Shown here: positions 9,249 through 18,741 of the stretch, piece after piece
Layout: the number at the start of each line of letters is the position of its first letter
Numbering within the stretch: the first letter of the stretch is position 1
NCBI RefSeq assembly: GCF_006345805.1
Contig: NW_021824280.1
Coordinates: 1-19,436 of the forward strand
DNA: 19,436 nucleotides
Reading direction: 5' to 3'
Source: Octopus sinensis
Taxonomy: Eukaryota
The notes under the pieces: model-generated
What the model was told of the DNA's origin: nothing
The model's input: the letters and a program-made list of their open reading frames with translations, nothing else
The model's database searches: none
Made by a program: the position numbers and the translations under genes

Positions 9249-9492
9249 AGTATGTGTGTGTGTATATGTTTGTGTGTATATGTTTGTGTGTCTGTGTTTG
9301 TCCCCCCCAACATGGCTTGACAACCGATGGTGGTGTGTTTACATACCCATAACTTAGCAGCTCGGCAAAAGAGACTGATAGAATAAGTACTAGGCATCCA
9401 AAGAATAAGTCCTGGGTTTGATTTGCTCGACTAAAGGCGGTGCTCCAGCATGGCCACGGTCAAATGACCGAAACAAGTAAAAGAGTAAAAGA
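9034..9492 (+). mobile_element. Full-length CORE-type tRNA-derived SINE with internal (TA)n(TG)n
   Basis: A box TGGCTGTGTGG, B box GGTTCAGTCC, CORE-like GGCACCTTAGGCAAGTGACTT, and tail AAGTAAAAGAGTAAAAGA. Resembles octopus OR-type CORE SINEs (recalled, not searched). Confidence 0.85.
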
Positions 9493-9519
9493 TGATGATA
9501 GCTACAACAGGTTTGATAG

Positions 9520-9625
9520 AGAAGCAGAAAAGCTGTTGCATGGTGTTTAGCTATGACACTTTGTGTTCACAGTTCAAATCCCTGTAGGAATCAACTTAAC
9601 CTTTTCATCTTCCAAGATTAGAATA
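9520..9625 (+). mobile_element. Highly decayed SINE remnant
   Basis: B box GTTCAAATCC followed by CCTTTTCATCTTCC core remnant. Confidence 0.4.
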
Positions 9626-9765
9626 TTTACGAGCAAAATATTGGAGTGAGGGATGGATCTACAAACATTTCTACAAGTAGTAGTAAGGTGGTAGTGGGTA
9701 GTAGTAGTTGTAGTAGAGGGATGGTGGTGGTGGTGGTATTAGTGGTAGTGTTGTTGCTTCTTCTT

Positions 9766-10050
9766 CTTCTTCTTCTTCTTCTTCTTCTTCTTCCAATCAG
9801 GACTCGTGCCATTAGCCACAAAGAATATCTCTAATTCGAGCCTACTCTAAGCCACTAAGAATGCGTGTGGCAACTTGCAGATCCACCCACCACATGCGAT
9901 AGATTGGCAGTTGCACGGGCGGGAAAGCTACGTTGTTATCCTCATTCCATAAACGGTGGCTTTTTAAATGGTGGAGAGCTGAACCATCATGGGGTACAGG
10001 GGATTCGCAATCAAGACTAGGGTCTGAAAGCTTTACCACACCATAGTGGG
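9766..10050 (-). mobile_element. Possible LINE 3' end with (GAA)n tail
   Basis: GC-richer coding-like segment ending just before a (GAA)n run on the minus strand. Only faint resemblance to RTE C-termini. Confidence 0.3.
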
Positions 10051-10054
10051 TTAC

Positions 10055-10235
10055 ACCATGGTTCCTCTGTTTTGTGGCAGAAGTAGGAAGAAAGAGTGAG
10101 AGAAAGTGAGAGAGCATCGTGGAACTTAGGTGTTTTTGCTCAATAAACACTCACAATGCCCGGTCTGGGAATCGAAACTGCGTTCTTACAACTGCGAGTC
10201 CACTGCCCTAACCACTAGGCCATTGCGCCTCCACA
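10055..10235 (-). mobile_element. tRNA(Arg)-like-headed SINE
   Basis: Minus strand GGCGCAATGGCCTAGTGGTTAGGGCAGTGGACTCGCAG...GTTTCGATTCCCAG has an A box, a TCG anticodon-like loop and a B box, followed by a non-tRNA body. Confidence 0.8.
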
Positions 10236-10363
10236 GTGTTGTTGCTGGTGTTGATGGGTGTAGTGTTGGTAGTAGTGGCAGTGGAGGTGGATGGCAGTAT
10301 TAGTAGTAGTGGTGATAGTAGCAGTGACAGAGATGGTAGTAGTGCTACAGCTGCTGCTGCTGC

Positions 10364-10395
<32 letters not shown>

Positions 10396-10690
10396 CAGCA
10401 GCAGCATCTTCTTTGATTGATGGCATGAGCAGTCTTCAAAGATTCAGTATGAATGTGCTTCCAGAGATAGTTACAGATATGATCACCACTTCCATCACCA
10501 CCACCACAACTACCACAACCACTACCACCACCACCACCACCACCACAACTACCACAACCACTACAACTACCATTACCAACACCACCGTCACTGTTGCTAT
10601 CATCACCGCCACCACCACCACCACCATCACCACAACCGCCATCACCACCGTTGACGTCTTCACCACACCATCACCACCACCATCTACTGG
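10236..10690. repeat. Compound trinucleotide tracts (GTN)n, (GTA)n, (CAG)n, (CAC/CAA)n
   Basis: Directly visible. Explains the low-complexity ORFs in the track. Confidence 0.9.
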
Positions 10691-10799
10691 TCTACAATTG
10701 AAGTCTTTAAAACCTTAAAGTCTCCTCTCACAGTCTGTCAGTTTTTCACCAATGCCCTGACTCTAACTCGATATTGTTATTGATTTTGGATTGCAGCAA

Positions 10800-11069
10800 G
10801 CATATATTTATATTCACCATAAATCACTTGGTTCAATATCTATACCCACATATACATACATATATATATATACAAGTATACATATATACATGGACATCCA
10901 TATATCTATATATATGTGTATACATATGTGTGTGTATATATATACATATGTGTGTGTATATATATACACACACATTTATATATATACATGTGTGTGTATG
11001 TAATATATATATATATATATATACATATACAGACATATATACATACATAATACATATATATATAAATGC

Positions 11070-11113
<44 letters not shown>

Positions 11114-11143
11114 GTCATGTATGTATGTATGTATGTATGTATG

Positions 11144-11188
<45 letters not shown>

Positions 11189-11310
11189 TCATCATCATCA
11201 TCATCATTTAACAGACGTTAAACGATGATGATGATGATGATGATATATATATAATATATATATATACTACATACATACATACATACACATACATACATAC
11301 ATATATACAT

Positions 11311-11342
<32 letters not shown>

Positions 11343-11431
11343 GAGAGATGTATGACATAACACATACACACCATATACAGATACTGGCACACATATGCAT
11401 ATATGTATATATGTGTGTGTATATAATAATG

Positions 11432-11500
<69 letters not shown>

Positions 11501-11563
11501 CAAATCAAATTGCGATAAAATAAAAATAATTATAATCGCTATATATATATATGTGTGTGTGTG

Positions 11564-11597
<34 letters not shown>

Positions 11598-12039
11598 ATG
11601 TGTGTATATATGTATGTATAATATATTTATGTATGTTTGTATGCATGTGTATATGCTGCTCTTTTAATATTCTATTACATATTCATTAGGTTATGTTACA
11701 GTCAAGATATGTTATTGATATCCTATAAAGCACATACACACCCAGAGACATATACAAACACCCTCACATGCACACACACAAATACGTAGGTATGCATATA
11801 TATGTGTATGTGGTTATACGTGTTTATATGTAATATATACATATATTATATATATATATATAAATATTTATATATATATGTATATGTATACATATACGGG
11901 TATATAAGCACACTCATGTATGTGTGTGTATATACATTATACATACATGCATTTGTATGTTGTATGTGTGGTGTGTGTGAGTGCATATATATATATATGT
12001 ATATATATATATAATATATATATATATATATTATGATAT

Positions 12040-12124
<85 letters not shown>

Positions 12125-12200
12125 AATATATATATGTATGTATGTATGTATGTATACATATATATATATTATAAGTATATTTATGTGTGCATCTATTTAT
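10800..12200. repeat. 1.4-kb field of (TA)n, (ATGT)n, (CA)n, (GA)n microsatellites
   Basis: Directly visible. Confidence 0.95.
11186..11243. mobile_element. Two inverted SINE 3' tails fused back to back, bodies missing
   Basis: (TCA)nTTTAAC AGAC GTTAAAC(GAT)n. Both halves match the GGACGTTAAA(T/C)GATGATG terminus of the family at 5902 and 16770. Confidence 0.7.
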
Positions 12201-12849
12201 GTATACAGGTCTCTCATAAGTGCAACTGGTAACATGTAGTCTGATACAATCAGTTGCATTTTGAGGTCATTGTTCTCTAAAATCAACTTCTCCACCACTG
12301 CCACCATCAGACATGCATTGTGAATAGGTTTACTAAAATCCCAGCAGATCTAAAACAAGACCTTTTAAAAAATCAGGTGACCCCCAAACTTCCACCCAGT
12401 GTATGATCAATGGCTATGTAGCAATACCATGCTAGGGACTTATTAATTCTAGGGAAGTGTATGGCATGCTGGGAGACCACAAAGTGTATGATGTCTTTTG
12501 GTTGTTGTTAAGGTATGCCTCTATGAGATGGCACTGCTGTGTCCACAGCTGCACTAGTAGTAAGACTAAGTGTGTGGCAAATCAAGGATGGGCAGACTTT
12601 GGAAGGTTTTTAGAATAGGAAAAGATAACTTTGAGCATAAATGCTCACTGTCTGTGAAGAGGTGAAGGCTAAAAGAGTCAACTCCAACAGTAAATTGGTA
12701 TGGAAGCGAATTAGTAGCCCACTGATTCTATTCATTTTCAGAGAGAGATCTCGAATTGTAAATGCAAGATGAGATTGGGAATATTTATTCTTCCCTATAT
12801 GTGTGTGTGTGTGTGTTTCTTCACACTCTCCTGTCCTGGAAAGTACTTT

Positions 12850-13075
12850 CTGTTTTTCATTCTACTTCCGATCACTTCAGAAATGTAACTGCACGTGGAT
12901 CATTGGCGATTTTTTTTTCCACCTCTTCCATTTTCCCTTTAGACTTTCCTGCTTTTCTTGTTTCTGAAGAAGTGCTTATGCTCGAAATGTAAAACAACTA
13001 CTCTTTTCCTTCTCTGAGTGTCATATTAATACATTGCTTGAACAACATCGTCTTTTTGTCTTTATCTTTTTCTGT
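12850..13075 (+). mobile_element. Dispersed repeat, probable Penelope-like element terminal-repeat remnant (copy 2)
   Basis: CTTTTCCTTCTCTGAGTGTCATATTAATACAT matches the reverse complement of copy 1 (CTTTTTCTATTCCTGAGCGTTATACTAATACAT). Contains the hammerhead fold. Left boundary is approximate. Confidence 0.6.
12958..12997 (+). ncRNA. Minimal type-I hammerhead ribozyme motif
   Basis: TTGTTT (stem I) CTGAAGA A GTGC-TTAT-GCTC (stem II) GAAA T GT A | AAACAA (stem I', perfect 6 bp). Canonical CUGANGA and GAAA core, GUA triplet, loopless stem III. Confidence 0.6.
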
Positions 13076-13104
13076 TTTTTAATTAATTAATTAATCATAT
13101 ATGT

Positions 13105-14290
13105 ATATCATCTCATCTTCTTTGCCCACTTATTCTTGGGAGGGCCATGAAGCCAGAGTCTTCAACAATGCATTCCATTGGATCGTATCAGAAGCAATCA
13201 TCTCCAATTGATCCATTTGGTTCTCCAAGTATGACCAACAAGTTTCATGGATATTATCCAACCTTCTTGCCATAGTCTACCCCTGGGTCTGCTGCCAATA
13301 AATTTTTCCTGTAAAACCTGTCCAGCAATCCTTTCTAGTGACATCCTTACCATATGTATTTCTTTACTACCCACAAAGGGCTAAACACAGAGAGGACAAA
13401 CAAGGACAGACAAACGGATTAAGTCGATTACATTGACCCCAGTGCATAACTGGTACTTAATTTATCGACCCTGAAATGATGAAAGGCAAAGTTGACCTCG
13501 CCAGAATTTGAACTCAGAACGTAATGGCAGACGAAATACGGTTTCGCATTTTGCCTGGCGTGCTAATGTTTCTGCCAGCTCGCATCCTTACTATATGTTC
13601 ATGGTATTGGAGCTGGGATCTCTCAATTCACATGGAGCACCTCTCTGATCTCCAAAACACACACTCTGTTGAATAACATAACTCCAAAGACCCTTGCCAG
13701 GAATCCCACTTCTGTTGCTTGATTTCGTGTCTGTATTCTTTCAGTCATTACCCAAGATTCATGACCATAGCTAAGGGTCGACACAAACACTGAATTAAAG
13801 ATAGTGAGCTTGGCTTTTACACTTACATCTCTTCTTCTGGTCACTGAATGTTAAAGCTAGTGCATTACTACATCAGCTCCTGCAATTCTTGCACATACTT
13901 AATTCAGCCACCTGTCTTCCATCATTCAGAAAATTTGCCCCAAGACATTTGAAAATTTCCACCTGCTTCAGTGAAACTCCACTCATATGTAGAATGCATT
14001 GTATGGGCTTCCTTGAGAGGATAATTGCCTCAGTCTCTGCAGCAGTGATTTTTATTCTTGCCAAGCAGCACTCGGCAGAAAACCAGTTTATTGCATATCA
14101 GAGACAACCTTCTGATTAGTTGAGTAGTACCATGTTGCCTTCAAATTCCAGCTGACTGATCCTACACCTGCCAGTCTTGATAATACTTCCAAACCAGCTG
14201 TGCATGTCAATCCTGTCGATAGAGAATACGAAGAGGAAAGATGACAGTAGACACCCTTAACAGAGTCTGACACCTGCATTGAATGGCATC
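13105..14290 (-). mobile_element. RTE-clade LINE (Expander/Rex3-like), 5'-truncated, decayed RT plus C-terminus
   Basis: PFNAGVRLC*GCLLSSFLF (GVRQGCxLSP motif), QLEFEGNMVLL (FADD motif), KQVEIFKCLG, SVKAKLTIFNSVFVSTLSYGHESWVMTER, MVRMSLERIAGQVL..RPRGR. Confidence 0.92.
13358..13582 (-). mobile_element. Full-length SINE monomer inserted in the RTE, 16-bp TSD
   Basis: Same family as 4367-4598 (high identity by eye). TSD CATCCTTAC(C/T)ATATGT at 13342-13357 and 13583-13598. Confidence 0.92.
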
Positions 14291-14395
14291 AACTTAGCAT
14301 TATTTATTCAAACGCCAAATACAAGGGCAATTATATAAGGATTTCAAGGCTACAAGAAGCTGTCAATCAATCCCATACTCCTACAGAAACTTCCA

Positions 14396-14433
14396 CAACA
14401 TGTCCCATAGAACATGTCCCATAGAACATGTCC
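14396..14433. repeat. 14-bp tandem repeat (AACATGTCCCATAG), 2.7 units
   Basis: Directly visible. Confidence 0.9.
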
Positions 14434-14679
14434 ATATGCCTTTGCAAAGTCTATGACAAAAGTTTGCAATCTTGACCATACTTTCACAATCTCTCAAAAA
14501 CTTACCTAAGTGTGAATATTTAGTCAGTTTATGTTTTAGAAATAATTCAATTATGTAAATATTTTCAATATACACATTATCAATATCCTACATTTAATAC
14601 ATGCCTGTTGTTAAACATTACGACCATGGTTTCTTTTTGTCTGGAAAGACATATAGTGTTAAAAGCACAGTATACTTCA

Positions 14680-15095
14680 GAGCTAGCTCACTGCTGCCAG
14701 TGCCATGTAAAAAAGCACCAAGTACACTTCGTAAAATGGTTGGCATTAAAAAGAGCATCCAGTTGTAGAAGCCGTGCCTAAGCAGACAGTCATCATCATT
14801 CATCATTGAATTTACAATGGAATTTACCATGCTACACCAGACTTCACAGTCCCTCATAGCATTACGGAGGTCCTGTTGCTGGATGCCTGTATCCCTGGAG
14901 ATTACATCAGGGTAGGAGAGTGTGCGCCCTCTGGTATCGCGAGTAGATAGCTTCCAGAGGAGAAGAGTAGAAATTGCCTCGTTTTCAGACAGTAAAGCTT
15001 GGTGGAGTCCCTCTAGCCCAGCATCCCCTGCCAAACTATCTAACGCATGTCGGTATGGAAATGGATGTTAAATGGTGGTAGTGATGATGATGAGG
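14680..15095 (+). mobile_element. (GAT)n-tailed SINE (parts 14680-14789 and 15038-15095) interrupted by an RTE fragment
   Basis: TGGTTGGCATTAAAAAGAGCATCCAGTTGTAGAA before the insert and CTAACGCATG..ATGGAAATGGATGTTAAATG after it. Confidence 0.65.
14790..15037 (-). mobile_element. RTE-like LINE 3' end (second family) with (TGA)n tail
   Basis: LAGDAGLEGLHQALLSENEAISTLLLWKLSTRDTRGRTLSYPDVISRDTGIQQQDLRNAMRDCEVWCSMVNSI matches RTE C-termini (LLW..RGR..Y.D.I.RDTG..L..AM.D..W). Confidence 0.8.
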
Positions 15096-15330
15096 AGGAT
15101 TTTATGGTGGTGGTGGTAGTGATGATGACGAGGAGGATTTTATGGTGGTGGTGGTAGTGGTTGCGGTTTTGGTGGTGGTGGTGGTGGTGGTGGTGGTTGG
15201 TGGTGGTGGTGGTGTTGGTGGTGGTGGTGATGGTGATGGTGGTGGTGGTGGTGTTGGTCGTGGTGGTGGCGATGGTGGCGATGGTGGTGGTGGTGGTGTT
15301 GGTGTGGTGGTGGTGGTGGTGATGATGATG
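15075..15330. repeat. (GGT)n tract with a short internal duplication
   Basis: Directly visible. GATGATGA(T/C)GAGGAGGATTTTATGGTGGTGGTGGTAGTG occurs twice. Confidence 0.9.
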
Positions 15331-15664
15331 TCCATACATATAGTCACATTAAAACAATCATACCAGACATTTAAAATACACACATATATTGTTTACATTG
15401 ATTTATATTTCAATATTGTTTACACTGGAATATATTTCAGTCCTTCAACAAGAGAGACTCTGAGTATAGGTTACAATCTTAAACAAAGAAACAAAAAATA
15501 ACAAGATACTGCATAACAAATGTAAAAATAACAGGATATTGGCAGATATTTAGTCTATACATTTGCGTTTAAAATATGATTGAACTCTCATCTTTTGAAC
15601 TCTTGACCTCAAATTCTATCCTTCTCACTGAGCAAGTTTCCATAAATAAATGTGTCTGAAAATA

Positions 15665-16110
15665 ACGAGACAATGACAATGAAGACAACAAGAACAATAG
15701 CAAAAATAGCAATGATAATGATGGTGATGACAACGACGACAACGACGATGATGACGACAATGATGATGACGATGATGACGACAATGACGACGACAATGAC
15801 GACGACGACGATGATGACGACGATGACAACGACAATGATGACGACGACGATGATGATGACGACGATGACAACAATGATGATGACGATGACGATGATGACG
15901 ACGATGACGATGATGACGACGACGATGATGATGACGACGATGATGAGAATGATGACGACGATGACGATGATGACGACGACGACGACGATGATGACGACAA
16001 CGATGATGATGACGATGATTATGACGACGACAATGACGACAATGAGGTGGATGAGGTGGGGTGGATGATGATGATGGCAAAGATGACAATGGTGATAATG
16101 CTAATGATGA
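15665..16110. repeat. (GAT/GAC/AAT)n degenerate trinucleotide tract
   Basis: Directly visible. Source of the poly-S, poly-H/R and poly-M/T ORFs. Confidence 0.9.
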
Positions 16111-16407
16111 TAACTGTGATCATATCAATGATATTGATTCAAGGTGATTGTCAAGAGGATTTTTGAATACATGCTTGTAAGTTAGTAGCAGTTTTCCATT
16201 TATAAATGTTTTATTAAATAAATATGCTAGAGAGTTTGTTAACCAATTTGATGCTGAGCTCCTAAAGTCAAGTAGTTGTGTAGAGGAATACACACACACA
16301 CATACGCACATGCCTATAAACATGCATACTCACAAACATAACTGATAGACTTCCATTTCTTTCTGAATTTTTCAAATTGTAAAGGTAATTTATGGACACT
16401 TTATGTG

Positions 16408-16474
<67 letters not shown>

Positions 16475-16475
16475 T

Positions 16476-16556
16476 ATAAAGTTAAAACAGACTGGTTTTC
16501 ATGTTTTTTATAATACCATAATAAAAAACTTGAAAACCAGACTGTTTTAACTTTAT
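16476..16556. repeat. 81-bp near-perfect palindrome (36-bp arms, 9-nt spacer)
   Basis: ATAAAGTTAAAACAGACTGGTTTTCATGTTTTTTAT versus reverse complement of 16521-16556 shows 2 mismatches. Confidence 0.95.
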
Positions 16557-16564
16557 TCGACTTA

Positions 16565-16770
16565 TCGCCTGACTGGCCTTCATGCTGGTGGCACATAAAA
16601 GCACCCATTACACTCTCATAGTGGTTGGCATTAGGAAGAGCATCCAGCTGTAGAAACTCTGCTCGATCAAGATTGGAGCCTGGTGCAGCCATCTGGTTCG
16701 CCAGTCCTCAGGCAAATTGTCTAACTCATGCTAGCATGGAAAACGGATGTTAAATGATGATGATGGTGAT
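16565..16770 (+). mobile_element. (GAT)n-tailed SINE
   Basis: GGTGGCACATAAAAGCACCC..GTGGTTGGCATTAGGAAGAGCATCCAGCTGTAGAAAC..GCATGGAAAACGGATGTTAAATGATGATG. Confidence 0.85.
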
Positions 16771-16802
16771 AGATGGATAGATGGATAGATAGATATATAT
16801 AT

Positions 16803-16849
<47 letters not shown>

Positions 16850-16850
16850 C

Positions 16851-17012
16851 AACAAGCTTCTTTCAGTTTCTTGCTACCAAAACCACTCACAAGGCTTTGA
16901 TTGGACAGAGGCTCTAGTAGAAGGCACTTGTCCAAGGTGCTAAGCACTGGAACTGAGCCTGGAACCATGTGGTTGGGAAGCAAGCTTCTTACCACACAAC
17001 CATTCCTGCACC

Positions 17013-17013
<1 letters not shown>
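16851..17013 (-). mobile_element. CORE-type SINE 5' half
   Basis: Reverse complement matches 9034-9200. Followed on the minus strand by (TCTA)n. Confidence 0.85.
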
Positions 17014-17043
<30 letters not shown>

Positions 17044-17060
17044 CTATATATATATATATA

Positions 17061-17352
17061 TCATCATCATCGTTTAGCGTCCGCTTTCCACGGCTGGATG
17101 CCCTTCCTAACGCCAACCACTCTGTGAGTGTAGTGGGTGCTTTTTACATGCCACCGGCACAGGTGCCAGACAACGCTGGGAAACGCCCACGATCGGATGG
17201 TGCTTTTTACGTGCCACTGGCACAGAGGGAGGCCAGTCGAGGCGGCGCTGGCAACGGCCACGTTCAGATGGTTCACTTATGTGCCACCAGCACTGGTATC
17301 ACAGCTACAATTTCCATTGATGTTGATCGATTTTGATTTTGATTTTGATTTT
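17061..17352 (-). mobile_element. (GAT)n-tailed SINE with internal 63/70-bp repeat units and an internal deletion
   Basis: Homologous to 5902-6323. Unit starts at 17146, 17209 and 17279. The segment between CTTTCCA and GCTGGATG is missing. Confidence 0.85.
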
Positions 17353-17364
17353 GATATATATATA

Positions 17365-17559
17365 CAATTGCGGCCAAAATGTTCAGAGCGGCATTGTTTT
17401 CGTCAGAAAAGTAAGTATAAGTTTTTATCAAAGTTGTTTTATATTCTATAATTTTCACAGACAATAATTTGGTGTAATTTGAGAGGATAATACAAAAGTT
17501 ATGGATGATTTAGGGATTTACTGTAAAACCCATGCCGGCCAAAATGATCAGAACGGTTG
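17365..17559 (+). repeat. Left terminal inverted repeat (195 bp)
   Basis: Outer DR CAATTGCGGCCAAAATGTTCAGAGCGG and inner DR CATGCCGGCCAAAATGATCAGAACGG. Confidence 0.9.
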
Positions 17560-17605
17560 AAAAAATAACAAAATAATCAAAAATGACAGAGAATACTGAA
17601 ATTAT

Positions 17606-18624
17606 TTAATATTTAGCGTGAAGCCCTTTAGCTTCAATCACACTCTGACATCTTTGACTGCATGAGGAAATTAAATTTTCAATTTCTTGCTGGGTGATCT
17701 TATTCCATTCTTCCTGAAGGGCATTCCATAATTGCTCAGTTGTTTTAGGATTTCTGGCTTTCGAACATTCTCCTAGAATATTCCATACATTTTCAATAGG
17801 ATTGAGATCTGATTCAATAGGATTGAGCAGGCCAATCCATAACAATAACCTTTTCAGCCTTGAGGAAGTTCATGACCACCTTAGCCTGTGACATGGGGCA
17901 TTGTCCTGCATGAATATGGGTGGTCGCTTAGTTGAATTTCTCAGCACAGGCAAGACATGATCTTTTACAAGTTGTTTATAAACTCCTGCATTTACCTTTC
18001 CATGTAATCGCACCAAAGGGCCAACACCATCTCCAGATATCATTCCCCAAACCATGACACTTCCTCCACCGAATTTAACACTAGTCTTAAGGCATTTAGG
18101 CGACAATTTTTCACCTACTTTTCTACGAACATACCTTTTCCCATCTGAGCCAAATAACATAAACTTAGATTCATCACTGAGATGCACCGTTTGCCATTTT
18201 TCTTGAGACCACAACACATGTTTGGTTGCAAAGGTAAGACGACACTTTTATTCTTGGAGCTGATCAGTGGCTTGCCTGCAGATGCTCTTGCTTGTAGGTC
18301 ATGTTCAACTCAACAACGTGACAGTTTTTCGAGATAAAGTTTTCTTCAGTACAATGCTCATTTTCCGAGAAACAGCAGCAGCAGTTTTAAATCTGTCCTT
18401 TTTAACCAAATTTACCATAGCACGATGTTCTCTCTTGGTCGTTTTTCTTGGCCTACCTGTAAACTTTCTTGCTTCACACGAACCACAATCATTGTAGACC
18501 TTAAGAATACCGTGTACAACACTTTTTGACTTGTTAACAATCTTTGCAATAGATCCAATACTTAAATTATCCTTCCTTCGAAGCTTAATAATCTGCTGAC
18601 GAATTGGTAATGGAGTAGTGGCAT
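17606..18624 (-). pseudogene. Tc1 transposase pseudogene (several frameshifts)
   Basis: N-terminal HTH region (LSIGSIAKIVNKSKSVVHGIL), GRPRKT, KWQTVHLSDESKF, VKFGGGSVMVWG, FMQDNAPCH, DLNPIENVW and end KGLHAKY*. ATG at 18624 is one base out of frame with what follows. Confidence 0.95.
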
Positions 18625-18741
18625 TATATTAACAAAGTACACTGCAAATATTCTTACTAATTTTAGTAAACGAACCGTCACGTAAACAAATTCAAAACAT
18701 TAGAGTTCGCCGGTTAAATATACTAAAACACGGAGTAAAAG

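Noticed and set aside
10160-10235. tRNA-Arg gene
   Set aside because: A and B boxes are present, but I could not form a proper acceptor stem or variable region, and it continues into a SINE body.
10236-10718. 160-aa Val/Thr-rich mucin-like ORF
   Set aside because: Pure trinucleotide tracts that change register, with no splice or start context.
12460-12800. Possible L2/CR1 remnant or exon (acceptor-like TTCATTTTCAG at 12741)
   Set aside because: No convincing motif in any frame and no matching donor. Left unassigned.
15100-15330. G-quadruplex in (GGT)n tracts (also 5558-5590)
   Set aside because: Only two-G runs, a generic property of this microsatellite, with no locus-specific evidence.
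15345-15655. Minus-strand terminal exon (acceptor TTATTTTCAG at 15656) with AU-rich UTR
   Set aside because: Short unrecognisable peptide, no supported upstream exon, and the acceptor tract is part of the adjacent repeat.
15666-16168. About 125-residue poly-Asp + strand frame resembling molluscan Aspein/Asprich shell proteins
   Set aside because: No start codon, signal peptide or acceptor upstream. The Asp pattern shifts frame near 16060, which fits a degenerate microsatellite.
16120-16280. Minus-strand frame SSASNWLTNSLAYLFNKTFINGKLL as an exon or LINE RT remnant
   Set aside because: Only faint resemblance and no good donor. Not distinguishable from chance.
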